A DNA stretch of 64,000 nt from Histomonas meleagridis 2922-C6/04-290x (taxonomy: Eukaryota; Protista; Parabasalia). The notes beneath the pieces are model-generated. The model did no database searches. It had not been told where the DNA came from and worked only from the letters and a program-made list of their open reading frames with translations. Shown piece by piece: positions 34,713 through 46,233 of the stretch (position 1 is its first letter; each line of letters starts with the position of its first letter). The position numbers were made by a program, and so were the translations under genes. Where the stretch lies: positions 1 to 64,000 of the forward strand of contig JAANOX010000003.1 in assembly GCA_020184695.1 (NCBI GenBank), read 5' to 3'.

Positions 34713-37700
34713 TTAGAAACTTCTGTTAATTGCATAACTTGCGATGAACTCCTGTACACTTTTCACTATTTTTCCAATAATTTGTTCTGAATTCGCCAAG
34801 TTATTATCGATTATACTCATTAACTCATTGAACTGATTATTATAATTTGGGTTTGTTACACTTTTAATTCTATTTTTGATCAAAACCATAAATCCGATGT
34901 CCAATTCCAAGAAGTTTTTGATCACTTTACTTGTATTTACTTTATCTTTATTATTATTATTTACGGCGTATTGCCAAATTGTCAAATGCGTTTCATTTAA
35001 TTTATCCGAAGTACTATTTAATAACGCCGCAATATTTTCATTTGTTTTATTGTTATTTACGAACATTAAAATTCCATTTATAATATCAAGTGAATCGATT
35101 GCAAGTTCTTTTAGATTTGTCTTTAGTCCCATAATTGCGGCGTCTAAAATATTCGGGAAATATGAACCATACGCTTGTAGAAATGAATTAAAATGTTGTT
35201 CGCAAATAACTTTAAGTAAATCTAAAACAGGTTTTGCAACTTTCGGATAAGTGAATAATAAATCCCATGAAAACAATTGGAACGAAGTACAAAACTCTCG
35301 AATAGTATCAATTAATACAGTATCATTATATATTGCAAATGCTTCGAAACAAATATATTCGGACGATAATAAATTCGATAATATAACACATGAATATTTC
35401 AAATTACGGAACTTTTCTTGATATATATTTTCGGTATTCGTTAATGGATTAGCTTTAAAATATTTTAAATAAGTTTGTAACATGGCTGCTGTTGCTTTAA
35501 ATATTATTGTTCCGATTGGTGAAGAATTAGGAAATGAAATCTTTTTCCGAAATGGATAATTTAATACAATGAATTTCCACATCTTTAAGACAGATGTAGT
35601 CATAAATGGATTATTACAGATTTGATCCATTAATTGAACAAATGCATTAATTCGTTCAGGGAACAAATAAAATATTAATTTGTTATATAAATCACTTTCT
35701 TTAGTCTCATAAAATATACCATAAATATCAATCGATAATAAACATAATTGTTTTGGAGTAATATTACTAAAACGTTGTTGTAAATATTGGAAAAATAAGT
35801 TAATCGCCATATCATTCTTCGAACATATGAATATTAACGTCGAAAAATATTTTGCTCGAATTTTCCTAAATTCCAAATTATTTAACATTTCAATGTTTTG
35901 TAACTCAAATAAATTCGGGATTCGTTCATCAGGAATTTTGATTTTCCGTAATGCAATTATCGCAAATTCAATAACATTCGGAAGATTTAATTTAAAACTA
36001 AAATCTAATCGATTAAATAAATATAAATTTGCTTCTTCAATCGATGTAATTTTGATGGGACTTAACATTTGATATATCAACTTCAGATCTGAAGGCTTAA
36101 GATTCGGCTTACCAAAAATAGTTTCTTTAAATGTATTAATGAAGTTAATAATACTCATTTCCATATAATCTGTTTGTATAGATCCAATTACCCATTCTTG
36201 TGACTCCATAAATATTTTGAATAACTCAAATAATAATTCGATTTGAAATCGGAAAATTGGATTATCACTTAAATCGAACTTAATCCCAACAATTGATATA
36301 AAGATTTGGACATATAATGATAATTGCATTTGAAGAATTGCATTCGGATTAGATGATTGAATAGAATTTATAAATTCCGATTTCTTTTGATTATATAACT
36401 CTATTAACTTTTGGCCAATTTCACATGTCTCTTGATTTGTGATTATGAAATTACGAAATGATGTAACATATGGTGAAAGCTTTTGTTCATTTAAATGTAA
36501 GATCCCAACGGAATTGTTTTGGATGTTTAATAATAAGAAATTTAAATAAATAAAACAAACTTCATTCATATTCATATTCAGTTTTTGCTTAATTGGATTA
36601 TTTAATGGCTCATTCCGTAATGTGTTTCCTATGGTACACCAAAAGGTAATAACTTGTTTCCGTGGACACATTTCATTTTCATCTGTGATTTGTTCAATTT
36701 GAAGTAACTGATGTGTAAATTGTAAGACAATGTCTAGAAATTCATCAAGGTCATTAATTGTATACATGATTTCTAGCTCTAATCGATGTGAAATTGATGA
36801 TAAAATAGATGTAACAATAAAAACATTTTGAGGATCATCAAGACCGATCGATTCGCTCAGAATTTTCTTAATAACCGCAACCAAACAGTTATAAATGTTT
36901 GGGATTTGATCTCTTAAAAAGGATGTACGAGAGATAATACAATATGTATGAATGCAACAAAGTGCATCAGTTATCCCCTTTTCTTCATAAATACTAGTCA
37001 TGATTTGGATGATTTGTACATTGGAAATTAACTCTCGAATTGAATTATGCAAAAATATCGCAGTTTTGTCATCTTTAACATCATCACGAACAGTAAAAGA
37101 GATGACTTTTCGGAATAATTTTACTGCATCAGCTAAAAGTGCTATTTCTGGAGTGTTAAAAGTGTTTTGAATAATCATGAAAGCATTGTTAAACATAACT
37201 GGAAGACAACCTGCTGCAAAGTTATTTCTAATATCTTTAGATTGTGATAATGATATTGTAGAAATAATTTCTAAGTAAATAATAATACCCACATTCCAAT
37301 GTTGAACACTTTGCATAGGATCCAATAAAGAAGATATTTCTCCCATCATTTGTAAGATTATGTCAGGTGAATTCATATAGTTTTCAAAAATTATGGCAAT
37401 TACATTTGCACAATCCCTTAGAACTACAGATCGAGGACCTAAAAACTTTTCATAAAGCTCTGTTAAAAACCTAAATGAATTGATAAAAACATTATTAGAA
37501 AATTCTTGTGTCCATGATTGAATAAAATTTTTTGTGATACGCAAAAAAGAATTTGATGCAAAGACAACAACTGCGTCCGAAAATGGATCAGGATTTGAAA
37601 TGATTTGATAACATATGTTTATATTTTCTAAGTTTGATACAAAGTTATTTAAATATTGTATGTGAGCCTCAGATGATTCATGATTTTTGAATGCTGATGT

Positions 37701-37742
37701 AACAACTTGAACAAGTTCGCCAATTTGTTGAGTTGAAGCCAT
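34713..37742 (-). CDS. Exportin-7/RanBP16-like nuclear export receptor
   Basis: 1009-aa HEAT-like ORF; YICFEAFAIYND resembles the exportin-7 YVNFGVFxLYGD motif. Confidence 0.68.
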   Translation of the reverse strand: MASTQQIGELVQVVTSAFKNHESSEAHIQYLNNFVSNLENINICYQIISNPDPFSDAVVVFASNSFLRITKNFIQSWTQEFSNNVFINSFRFLTELYEKFLGPRSVVLRDCANVIAIIFENYMNSPDIILQMMGEISSLLDPMQSVQHWNVGIIIYLEIISTISLSQSKDIRNNFAAGCLPVMFNNAFMIIQNTFNTPEIALLADAVKLFRKVISFTVRDDVKDDKTAIFLHNSIRELISNVQIIQIMTSIYEEKGITDALCCIHTYCIISRTSFLRDQIPNIYNCLVAVIKKILSESIGLDDPQNVFIVTSILSSISHRLELEIMYTINDLDEFLDIVLQFTHQLLQIEQITDENEMCPRKQVITFWCTIGNTLRNEPLNNPIKQKLNMNMNEVCFIYLNFLLLNIQNNSVGILHLNEQKLSPYVTSFRNFIITNQETCEIGQKLIELYNQKKSEFINSIQSSNPNAILQMQLSLYVQIFISIVGIKFDLSDNPIFRFQIELLFELFKIFMESQEWVIGSIQTDYMEMSIINFINTFKETIFGKPNLKPSDLKLIYQMLSPIKITSIEEANLYLFNRLDFSFKLNLPNVIEFAIIALRKIKIPDERIPNLFELQNIEMLNNLEFRKIRAKYFSTLIFICSKNDMAINLFFQYLQQRFSNITPKQLCLLSIDIYGIFYETKESDLYNKLIFYLFPERINAFVQLMDQICNNPFMTTSVLKMWKFIVLNYPFRKKISFPNSSPIGTIIFKATAAMLQTYLKYFKANPLTNTENIYQEKFRNLKYSCVILSNLLSSEYICFEAFAIYNDTVLIDTIREFCTSFQLFSWDLLFTYPKVAKPVLDLLKVICEQHFNSFLQAYGSYFPNILDAAIMGLKTNLKELAIDSLDIINGILMFVNNNKTNENIAALLNSTSDKLNETHLTIWQYAVNNNNKDKVNTSKVIKNFLELDIGFMVLIKNRIKSVTNPNYNNQFNELMSIIDNNLANSEQIIGKIVKSVQEFIASYAINRSF

Positions 37743-37830
37743 ATATTAGACGTTTAAAAATTGAACGATAAGTAAAAAGTGAACTTTGCCTAAAAAGTGA
37801 CAAATTGGTTAACCATCTTCTGACTGTGAA

Positions 37831-38367
37831 ATGGATGACGAAATTGAAAAACAAATGAGACTTCTTCTAAAAGAAATTGAGGACAATGAAAAAAGTGAAA
37901 ATAAAGGATTCATTGATAAGACTAAAGCTCAAAAGGTTAGTTCTGGTCAAGAAAATGATACATTTACAACAGAATTTCGTGAAAAGGAATCAAGAAGGAA
38001 AGTAGTCCAAAAAGGAACTCAGGATATGAAAAACACTTTCCGTACTGAAGAAGGAAAAAAGTTTTGGATTGATAATTCTTTATCTGAATGGCCTGAAAAT
38101 GATTATAGAATTCATGTTAGAAATCTCCCAGTTACAGCTTTTGAAAGTGATTTATATGAAGCATTTAAACACTTTAAATCATTATCAAAAATCAAAGTTA
38201 TTCATGATTCTTCTGGAAGAAGTAGGCAGTATGGATTCATCTCTTTCTTGGATGTAAATGATTACATTGAAGCAATGAAAACAATGAATAACACAATTAT
38301 TCAAAGTCGAAGGATAAGACTTCTTCCTTCAAAATGGAAAGATAAATCAATCGAAAATGCAAAGTAA
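37831..38367 (+). CDS. RBM42: RBM42-like RRM protein (tri-snRNP associated)
   Basis: FWIDNSLSEWPENDYRI...RNP1 QYGFISF...SKWKD, typical of RBM42. Confidence 0.78.
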   Translation: MDDEIEKQMRLLLKEIEDNEKSENKGFIDKTKAQKVSSGQENDTFTTEFREKESRRKVVQKGTQDMKNTFRTEEGKKFWIDNSLSEWPENDYRIHVRNLPVTAFESDLYEAFKHFKSLSKIKVIHDSSGRSRQYGFISFLDVNDYIEAMKTMNNTIIQSRRIRLLPSKWKDKSIENAK

Positions 38368-38495
38368 CGAGGTCTTTCTAATAATGTTCTTTTTTTGTTT
38401 GTGTTGTCTCCAATTTGTATTCTTTAAAGTAAACGAAATTTAAAATTGACTATCTTTGTTTAAATTTATAACGGTTTTGGTCAACCCCTAAAAAA

Positions 38496-38867
38496 ATGGG
38501 AGATAATCGTTACACACTTAGACGTAGCAATCCATATCATACACTTCGTAATCGTGTTGTTCCTGTACGTACTCCAGGAAACAGACTTGTTGCACATTAT
38601 ATTAAAAAACGTGTGAAAGGAATGATATGTGGTGAAACAGGAAAACCACTTCCAGGTATCAAACATTTGCCAACAAAAAAGCTTGCTAGATTACCAAAAC
38701 ATAAGCGAACAGTTTCCCGTCCATATGGTGGCGTTTACTGCGCATCAGTAGTTAAAGAAAGAATTATCAACGCTTTCATGGAAGAAGAAGCTAAAGCAGC
38801 TGCTGAAAGAACTGCAGCTGCAGAAAAGAGAGCTGCTGCAGAAAAAGGCAAGAAAGGTGGTAAATAA
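38496..38867 (+). CDS. RPL34: 60S ribosomal protein L34 (eL34)
   Basis: TLRRSNPYHT...RTPGNRLV...TVSRPYGGVYCASVVKERIINAF. Confidence 0.95.
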   Translation: MGDNRYTLRRSNPYHTLRNRVVPVRTPGNRLVAHYIKKRVKGMICGETGKPLPGIKHLPTKKLARLPKHKRTVSRPYGGVYCASVVKERIINAFMEEEAKAAAERTAAAEKRAAAEKGKKGGK

Positions 38868-38947
38868 ATAATAAACTCAATAATGGATTTCTCTATCTTT
38901 TGAAAAGAAATGCCTTTTACTTGAGATTCGAATTATTTAATATTGAT

Positions 38948-39535
38948 TTATGAGCTTAGCCATTCCGGTGTTGACAAAAAATATGGAGAATTACAAAAAC
39001 TGAAATCAGTAATTCCTTGAAGTGCCGCAGTTGGGGTTACAGTTCCAAAAATTGGAATATTTTGATTTTCAAAATCAACCGGTTGGCTAAAGCTTGTGGG
39101 ATTTTGCTGTTCTAAAATTTCCCATTCTGCTGGTGTTGGAAGTGATTCAACAACTTTTGGATAGTATAAAACTTGTGCTTCTTGAGCATTTTCGGTTTTT
39201 CTGCAAGTTTGGTTATGTACTCTTCTTTGTCTTTCATTTAAGTTTTTAATACATTGCCCACAAATTGGACATCGCTCTGTTTGTCTATTTATGGATACAT
39301 GTTTTTGAACTCTATCCATACAATCGTTGACATGACGCGTTGCAAGTTCAGCTGTTAAATGACTTATATCAGCATTACAAATTGGGCAATTTGATTCAGT
39401 TGCTTTTTGTTTCATTTCACATTGGTTTTGAGCAAGACAGCTATTTACATGAACTAGGCGCCACATTTCATCCATATCAGAAAGATCTGTTCCACATACT
39501 GGGCATGGAAATCCAACTTCTTCTGAATCCATCAT
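38948..39535 (-). CDS. Small protein with three tandem UBZ-like C2HC zinc fingers
   Basis: CPVC...HVNSC, CPIC...HVNDC and CPIC...HNQTC. Confidence 0.7.
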   Translation of the reverse strand: MMDSEEVGFPCPVCGTDLSDMDEMWRLVHVNSCLAQNQCEMKQKATESNCPICNADISHLTAELATRHVNDCMDRVQKHVSINRQTERCPICGQCIKNLNERQRRVHNQTCRKTENAQEAQVLYYPKVVESLPTPAEWEILEQQNPTSFSQPVDFENQNIPIFGTVTPTAALQGITDFSFCNSPYFLSTPEWLSS

Positions 39536-39618
39536 TAATATCTTAACGTACGGTTTCACATGACATTTCCAAATTTTCTCTGTTTTACAAATTTTATAGT
39601 TAAAATTAATTTGCAAGT

Positions 39619-40215
39619 TTATTCAACGTATGTTTCAAGGAATTTAACAGCAGCAGCACCAAGTTGTTTGTTGGCAGCAGCAATAGCACGTTCTTTCTTT
39701 GCCTTTTCAGCCTTCTTTGCTTCATGTAATTCAGCTGCTTTAGCAATTCTCTTTTCTTCAAGTGCTTTAACAACATGTCCATATTTCCATCCGAATGTTG
39801 TTGATATTTTTCCAAGTGTTGTAACAGGACGATCAGTACGAATTGAAACAACACGAAGAGCTGTTGGGACAACAAGTTTCTTTACACCTTCATATTTTTC
39901 TGGAATGCCTTCATAAACCTTAAGTCTAGCAAAAGCAGCAGCAGCACGAGCTGTTTTATAATTAACCATTCCTCTAATTGTACGAGAGAATATTTCAGCT
40001 GGTGCACGTTCATGGAATGGGCCATGGCGTGGGTTTGAGTTTGTTGTCTTTCTTAAGAAACGACGATATTTATGATAATTAAAACGATGATCACCAGTTG
40101 TAACAATACTTTCTGCTCTAACAACAACGATTTTTCTTCCGTTAAGTAATTGTTTTGCAATAACACCTGCTAAACGACCTGAAACATGTCCTTTTCCATC
40201 AATAACAATCGACAT
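39619..40215 (-). CDS. RPL13A: 60S ribosomal protein L13a (uL13)
   Basis: IVIDGKGHVSGRLAG...NPRHGPFHERAP...RLKVYEGIP; ATG preceded by CCTTTTTT. Confidence 0.95.
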   Translation of the reverse strand: MSIVIDGKGHVSGRLAGVIAKQLLNGRKIVVVRAESIVTTGDHRFNYHKYRRFLRKTTNSNPRHGPFHERAPAEIFSRTIRGMVNYKTARAAAAFARLKVYEGIPEKYEGVKKLVVPTALRVVSIRTDRPVTTLGKISTTFGWKYGHVVKALEEKRIAKAAELHEAKKAEKAKKERAIAAANKQLGAAAVKFLETYVE

Positions 40216-40601
40216 TGCAAAAAAGGCCGACCAAAACTGCCCCAATCGAAACGGTTTTGTAAACAAGGCACCCTAAAAACGTTAATTTAACATTCAATGT
40301 ATATCATAAATTGATCAAGTTGTTCTTTTAGCAACAATGAAATTTAACATTTTCTTGTTGGTGTCTTATTGAATTATTAATCTTAAGTTTTGGTAATCTA
40401 AATTTGTTTTATGATTTCAATTTTTAATTTGAAATTTATAGAATATTCTTGAAATTTTAAAATTTATAATAGCAAATAATTTATATGATCATTTTATATA
40501 TTTCTTTATATCATATGATGCTAAAATTATTTGAGGAATAAAGATATTTATTGTTCATTTTTGAATGATCATTCAAATAATGTCAAAAATTTGTGAACAA
40601 A

Positions 40602-43600
40602 ATGTTTTTTATCCTTCCCGTTATTACATTCTCAGTTGTTGAAATTCTTGTTGACAAAGAAATAATAGGAAGAGGAGATGATTTTTTACTTGCACTAAAA
40701 GATGCAGAAAGTTCTGTTAAATCGATTGATTTTTCATACGTTGATGTTATAAGTGGAGAATTAGTTATCCCAAAAAAAGATGAAATTTATAGGTATTCTG
40801 ACCAAATTGTTGAATTTTCTGTCAGTAGTAATGTTATTGTTCCAAATGGTATTTTTGATTTTCAATGTTTTTATGCATCTCCAAATATTCAACGTGCAGT
40901 TGTAAATTGTAGTGTCGATAGTTTAGAGAGATTTTTTATAGGATGTGGGAAATTAAGATATGCGTTTATTTTGGATGCAAAAGAAATAGGAATAAGTTGT
41001 TTTAATACATGCTATAACTTGATCAAAGTAGACTTAATAGGCACAGCAATAATTAGTCAAGGTTCATTTCAACAATGTTCAAGTTTAACTCATGTTTATA
41101 TTCCAAATGCTACCACCATTGATTATGCAGGCTTTGCATATTGTAGTAGCCTCTTAGAGGTTGATGGTCCCAAAGTTGAATATGTCGGAGTTTATGGCTT
41201 TTTTAACTCACTTTCGTTAAAAAAGATCACATGCACATCCATACTTGAAATTGGATATGCAGGTTTCTATTACACAGGCCTCTCTAACGTCACATTCTCT
41301 TTGTTAACTACTGCTGGAGAAGCATGTTTTTATGGATCCGAAATTCAAACCGCCGAGTTTAACGGTCTCCTGGAGACACCATATCAATTTTTTGAGAAAT
41401 CCCCAAAACTTGAGAAAGTTATACTTAGTAGTGTCACACATTTAGGTGAGAATTCTTTTTTAGATTGTTTTTATTTAACTTCGATTGAGATACCTAATTT
41501 AGAGACCAGTGAATCCAATACATTTATGTATGCCACACGTTTATTGGAAGTTTCATTTCTAAAACTTATAAATATTTCTGATCGAATGTTTTATGGTTGC
41601 TCCTTACTTGAGCATGTTGACCTTCCATCTGCTTTATATGTTGGCGAGTCTTCTTTTCAATTATGTGTATCTATCACAGAGATAATACTTGAGAAAGTAA
41701 TTAGTGTATCAAACTTAGCGTTTTCTAGTGCGCGAAGATTAAAGACAATTAAAATGTCTTCATTACAATATGCTGGTGATACTTTATTTGAAAATTGTGT
41801 TTCATTAGATTCACTTAGTTTACCAAGTTTAATAAATTGTAGTTCCAATTTCTTACGTAATATTGACGAATCACTTACAAGTGTTGACTTCCAAAGCCTT
41901 GCTGAGATTCCTGATGGGTTATTTCAAGACTTAATGTTTTTAGAAGACATTAATGTACCGAATGCTAAGGTCATTGGTAATCATGCATTCCAAAACATAC
42001 TTGGCTTACGATCGATGAGTTTACCTAACGCTGTTATTATTAAAGATTTTGCATTTGCGTGGTGTGAAAACTTGGCGGAAATTGAATTTAACAAATCTAC
42101 ATATATCGGATCTTATGCATTTTATATATGTACCCAATTATCAGGTTTAAAATTACCGGAATGTAAAGAGATCTCAGACTATGCGTTTTTCAACATTTCT
42201 GCTTTGGAATATGTTGAATTAGATAATTTAGAAATATTAGGAAGTTACTCGTTTTCGACTTGTGAATACTTAAAAAATATTACATTTAATAATCTTAAAG
42301 AAATGGGCGATTATGTCTTTTCATTAGATGGACATATGATGAATATATCACTACCAAGTCTTACCAAATGTGGAAATTACGCATTTCGAGAATGTGGAAT
42401 TCAAAAAATATCATTACCAAATCTTACAAGTTTAGGTCGATATGCATTTAATGGATGTCAATCATTAAAGGAAGTGTCATTACCTGTTTTAACAGTTCTT
42501 AAAGAATATACATTTTATGAATGTATAAACATAACAGAAATAAATTTCACGTCAATCATTGAATGTGAAAATAATGTATTCATTGGTATGCCTAAATTAA
42601 CAAGGATATCGTTACCAAATTTATATAAAATTGGTAATAATCCTTTCGAACTAAGCACGAGTTTAGAATATATCGATTTTCCTAAATTAGAAATTGCTGG
42701 CGATAATTTCATTGCACAAATGAATTGTAGTGTATTTTCATTTCCGAAATTAAGACAAATCGGTTCTTATGCATTCTCGAATAATAACTTAAATGTTACA
42801 CAGATCGATTTACCTAATTTGGAAATAGCAGGAGATTATTTCATATATAATTGTCCAAGAATCCAAAAAATCGAATTATTAAAACTTAAACAAATTGGTA
42901 AATATCCATTTAATTATTGCAATTCATTAACCGAAGTAAATTTGCCTTTGCTTGAAGCTGTTGATGAAGGTTTGTTCACTGATTGCGAAGCACTTCAAAC
43001 AATTAATTTACCAAACGTTAATAAGTTAAGTCGAAATTGTTTTTGTAATTGTTCGAATTTGATTACAATTAATTTGCCAAACTTGAAAACAATCGTTGCA
43101 AATAGTTTTGTTAATTGTAGTTCAATTACGAAAATCGATTTCCCAACTGTTACTACTGTTGAAAGCACTCCAATCATTGAAAGTTGTAACTCATTAAAGG
43201 AAATTTGTTTGAACTCATTACGAAGTGCGCCACAAAATTTATTCGCTAATGTAAATACTGTTGAAACAATAGAATTAAATAATTTCCAAATTTCAACAGG
43301 TTACTTGTTTTATAATTGCGTTAACCTTAAAAATGTTATAATCCCAAACATTATAAGTTTGTTCGATTTCGACTTCTATAATTGTATATCACTCGAGCAA
43401 ATCAAATTGGATTATCTTATCAACATGACTGGCGTTTCAACATTCGCTTTATGCACGTCACTTAAAGTGGTTAATTTTAAGAACGTTTCGACTATCGGTC
43501 CGAACGCATTTGAAAACTGCACAAGTTTAACAAACGTAACTTTGCCAAACGTTCTCTCCATTGAAGACAGTTGCTTCAAATTCTGTGGTTTATTACCATC

Positions 43601-44132
43601 AATCGAATTGAATAGTTTACTCACAATTTACGGTGATATGCACTTTTACGGTTGCGTAAACTTGATAAATGTGAGCATGATTCAATTGAAAACCGTTCCC
43701 TATGAATCCTCACAAATATTTTCGGGGTGCACCAATCTGACACGTTTAATTTTGCCTTCGGTACCACCTGAAACATTTAACCCAAATACTTTTGGTAGTT
43801 TTGAGCAAAGACTTTTCTTATGTTTGCCAGATGAAAATGCATATCCAAGCTATCAAATTGATTGCTTAGGAGATGAATGTATCGAAAACTCATGGAAAGG
43901 AATTAATATATACATTGACCAAGAATACAAAGACGTGTGCAATGGCGTGACAGCGTTCTCTGTGAAAATTGACGTTTTGGCAATAGTTTTAGGCGTTACA
44001 ATACCTGTGGTAGTGATTGTTGCAGGTGTGGTCACTTTCGTCTTGATAAGAAAGAGAAGAAAGAGACTGGAAGCGGAAAAAATAGAAAATACGCCGCAAA
44101 TGCAGATCAAAATTTTGGAAGAATATATATAA
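40602..44132 (+). CDS. Large BspA-like LRR type-I membrane protein (~1176 aa)
   Basis: About 35-40 LRR_5-type repeats (IGxxAFxxCxxLxxxxLP), a C-terminal TM helix (AIVLGVTIPVVVIVAGVVTFVLI) and a basic tail RKRRKR. Confidence 0.92.
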   Translation: MFFILPVITFSVVEILVDKEIIGRGDDFLLALKDAESSVKSIDFSYVDVISGELVIPKKDEIYRYSDQIVEFSVSSNVIVPNGIFDFQCFYASPNIQRAVVNCSVDSLERFFIGCGKLRYAFILDAKEIGISCFNTCYNLIKVDLIGTAIISQGSFQQCSSLTHVYIPNATTIDYAGFAYCSSLLEVDGPKVEYVGVYGFFNSLSLKKITCTSILEIGYAGFYYTGLSNVTFSLLTTAGEACFYGSEIQTAEFNGLLETPYQFFEKSPKLEKVILSSVTHLGENSFLDCFYLTSIEIPNLETSESNTFMYATRLLEVSFLKLINISDRMFYGCSLLEHVDLPSALYVGESSFQLCVSITEIILEKVISVSNLAFSSARRLKTIKMSSLQYAGDTLFENCVSLDSLSLPSLINCSSNFLRNIDESLTSVDFQSLAEIPDGLFQDLMFLEDINVPNAKVIGNHAFQNILGLRSMSLPNAVIIKDFAFAWCENLAEIEFNKSTYIGSYAFYICTQLSGLKLPECKEISDYAFFNISALEYVELDNLEILGSYSFSTCEYLKNITFNNLKEMGDYVFSLDGHMMNISLPSLTKCGNYAFRECGIQKISLPNLTSLGRYAFNGCQSLKEVSLPVLTVLKEYTFYECINITEINFTSIIECENNVFIGMPKLTRISLPNLYKIGNNPFELSTSLEYIDFPKLEIAGDNFIAQMNCSVFSFPKLRQIGSYAFSNNNLNVTQIDLPNLEIAGDYFIYNCPRIQKIELLKLKQIGKYPFNYCNSLTEVNLPLLEAVDEGLFTDCEALQTINLPNVNKLSRNCFCNCSNLITINLPNLKTIVANSFVNCSSITKIDFPTVTTVESTPIIESCNSLKEICLNSLRSAPQNLFANVNTVETIELNNFQISTGYLFYNCVNLKNVIIPNIISLFDFDFYNCISLEQIKLDYLINMTGVSTFALCTSLKVVNFKNVSTIGPNAFENCTSLTNVTLPNVLSIEDSCFKFCGLLPSIELNSLLTIYGDMHFYGCVNLINVSMIQLKTVPYESSQIFSGCTNLTRLILPSVPPETFNPNTFGSFEQRLFLCLPDENAYPSYQIDCLGDECIENSWKGINIYIDQEYKDVCNGVTAFSVKIDVLAIVLGVTIPVVVIVAGVVTFVLIRKRRKRLEAEKIENTPQMQIKILEEYI

Positions 44133-46233
44133 TGACGTTTTTGCCGTTAATAAAATACTGTTTAATATCGACTTTTTGCAAATTGATATGAAGTGATATC
44201 ATTTGACATTTAAAAACACAAAAAAGAAAAATTATTAAGTCGTTTATAAAGTCTTTGTAACATAAAATGTTTAAATTAATTAATGATGAATAATTTATAA
44301 ATGTTCTATAGAGCACAGACCATTTTTATTTCATAAATAAAGATATCAGATTTAAGATTACCTCTGAATAATTCAGTTATTAATGATTGCTCAGTAAAAA
44401 TCAAATTGAGCCTGCAATTTTATGAATAAAATTTCTAGAAACTTCAATCGGCGTAATATGGGTTTGGATACATTTCAGTTTTTTCTTCAAAGAAAAGCCA
44501 AAAGCGTAAGCAAAAAAAGAATGTGTACACTTAAGAGAGAAAATAACCAATAATTTGATGGTTATGAAATTGATTATTAATTATGAAAAAAAGTCTTTTT
44601 ATTTGAAGTTGCTTTATTACTTTAGATTGGTGTCTTGATGTACTAATTGCCATTAATTTAATTATTAGCTGTTTTGAAACAAATTTTGAATTTGAAAATC
44701 AATTTTCAAAAACTTCGTGTTCTTTTCCATATATGTACCAAAATTTGATGTCTGCTTAGATATGTAAATAAATAGAAATATGTCATTTGGAAGATTACTG
44801 TAAATTCATAGGTGACATCATTGTTGATATGAAATATCTGTATTTCAAAGGAAGCGGTAAAAAAATTGAATACACATGTGATTTAAAGACGAAAGTTTGA
44901 ATGCAAAATCGCTTGTCTGTGGCCTTGTTGAACTGCTTCAAATCGCTCGAGGGCCCTCTTAAGAATTCAATGTGTGTTTTCAATTCAGTGAACTTTTTCA
45001 TTGAGATCTAAAAAACCGATGCACAAATTGACAGACGTTCTGGACTTTGTCCTAAACTCATTTCTATTTGCGTTCAATTTTGTGTGAGCCTCGTCCATTA
45101 ACTAATTTTACAACGAGATCTCGTATTCAATTATGGAACGTTTTTCAATAGTAATCCACAGATTGATTATTTTACAACAGAATTTTCAAAGAGGTTTTTG
45201 AAAATTTTGAATTGGTTTAGCTAAATTTTGGTTTTTGCAAAAATTTCATGGTTATCCCCTAATTAGATCTCATTTCCAGCAGTACAAGTCACAGATTTAA
45301 CAATAACAGCCGATGTACAACTTTGTTATTTGATTCTCAAAAATAATTGTAATCGATCGATATGGAATAATAATATTTTCTCAAATTGCATTTATGGGGA
45401 AATACTCTGAATTTACCCAGAATCAACATTAATACAAATTTAATTGCAAGAAAACTGATTTTGAATGAGAATATTGAAAATTGATGATATCAAGTTAATT
45501 TATGCAAAATAATGATGTTCACCATTTATAATTGTTTATTGTTTATGTATTTGTATTGTTCATTCAATAATGATGATATTTTAATGAAAGATATATTATG
45601 TCAAAATCAAACCAAGAATGACGTTCCGAAAAAAATAAAAAAACGGCAAATTTAATTTTTACCCTCAAAATTACACTAATTATGTTAAATAAATATAATT
45701 ATATAATTGAAACTCTTTAGTCGATTTAAAGCAACTCGAAGCAATTTGGAAGTAATAATATTCATTTTATGCTAATATTACGTGACAGTTTTTGTAGAAT
45801 TACCTTGCTCCGACGCTCACAGACAAAATTTTTTTAACAAAATTGAGAATGAATAAATCTGGTTACATTATTTCAATTTCATAAATTCGATACAAAAAGG
45901 AACGGTTATAGGTTGTAGCGTGTGAAATTTGTGGCAGGAAATCAAAAATAAAATATGAATTTTATGAAGCATGTGAATGCTTTTCGGTGTTTATATTGTA
46001 ATTTCTTTTACCTTTTGATTTTGTAATATTTATACTACAATTAAAAGAATTTATTTTGAATATAGACTGATATATCAATGTTTTTTTGCTTCCTGCGTTC
46101 CCAAAAACAGCTTTCAAAAAGTTATCTCACAACATTTCTTATTGATTATTTTCTATATATCTCCATCTGAAAAGTTTCTGGTATTTGAAAAATTAATAGT
46201 TTACAATTTTGTAAAAATCTTCCAGAACACCGA

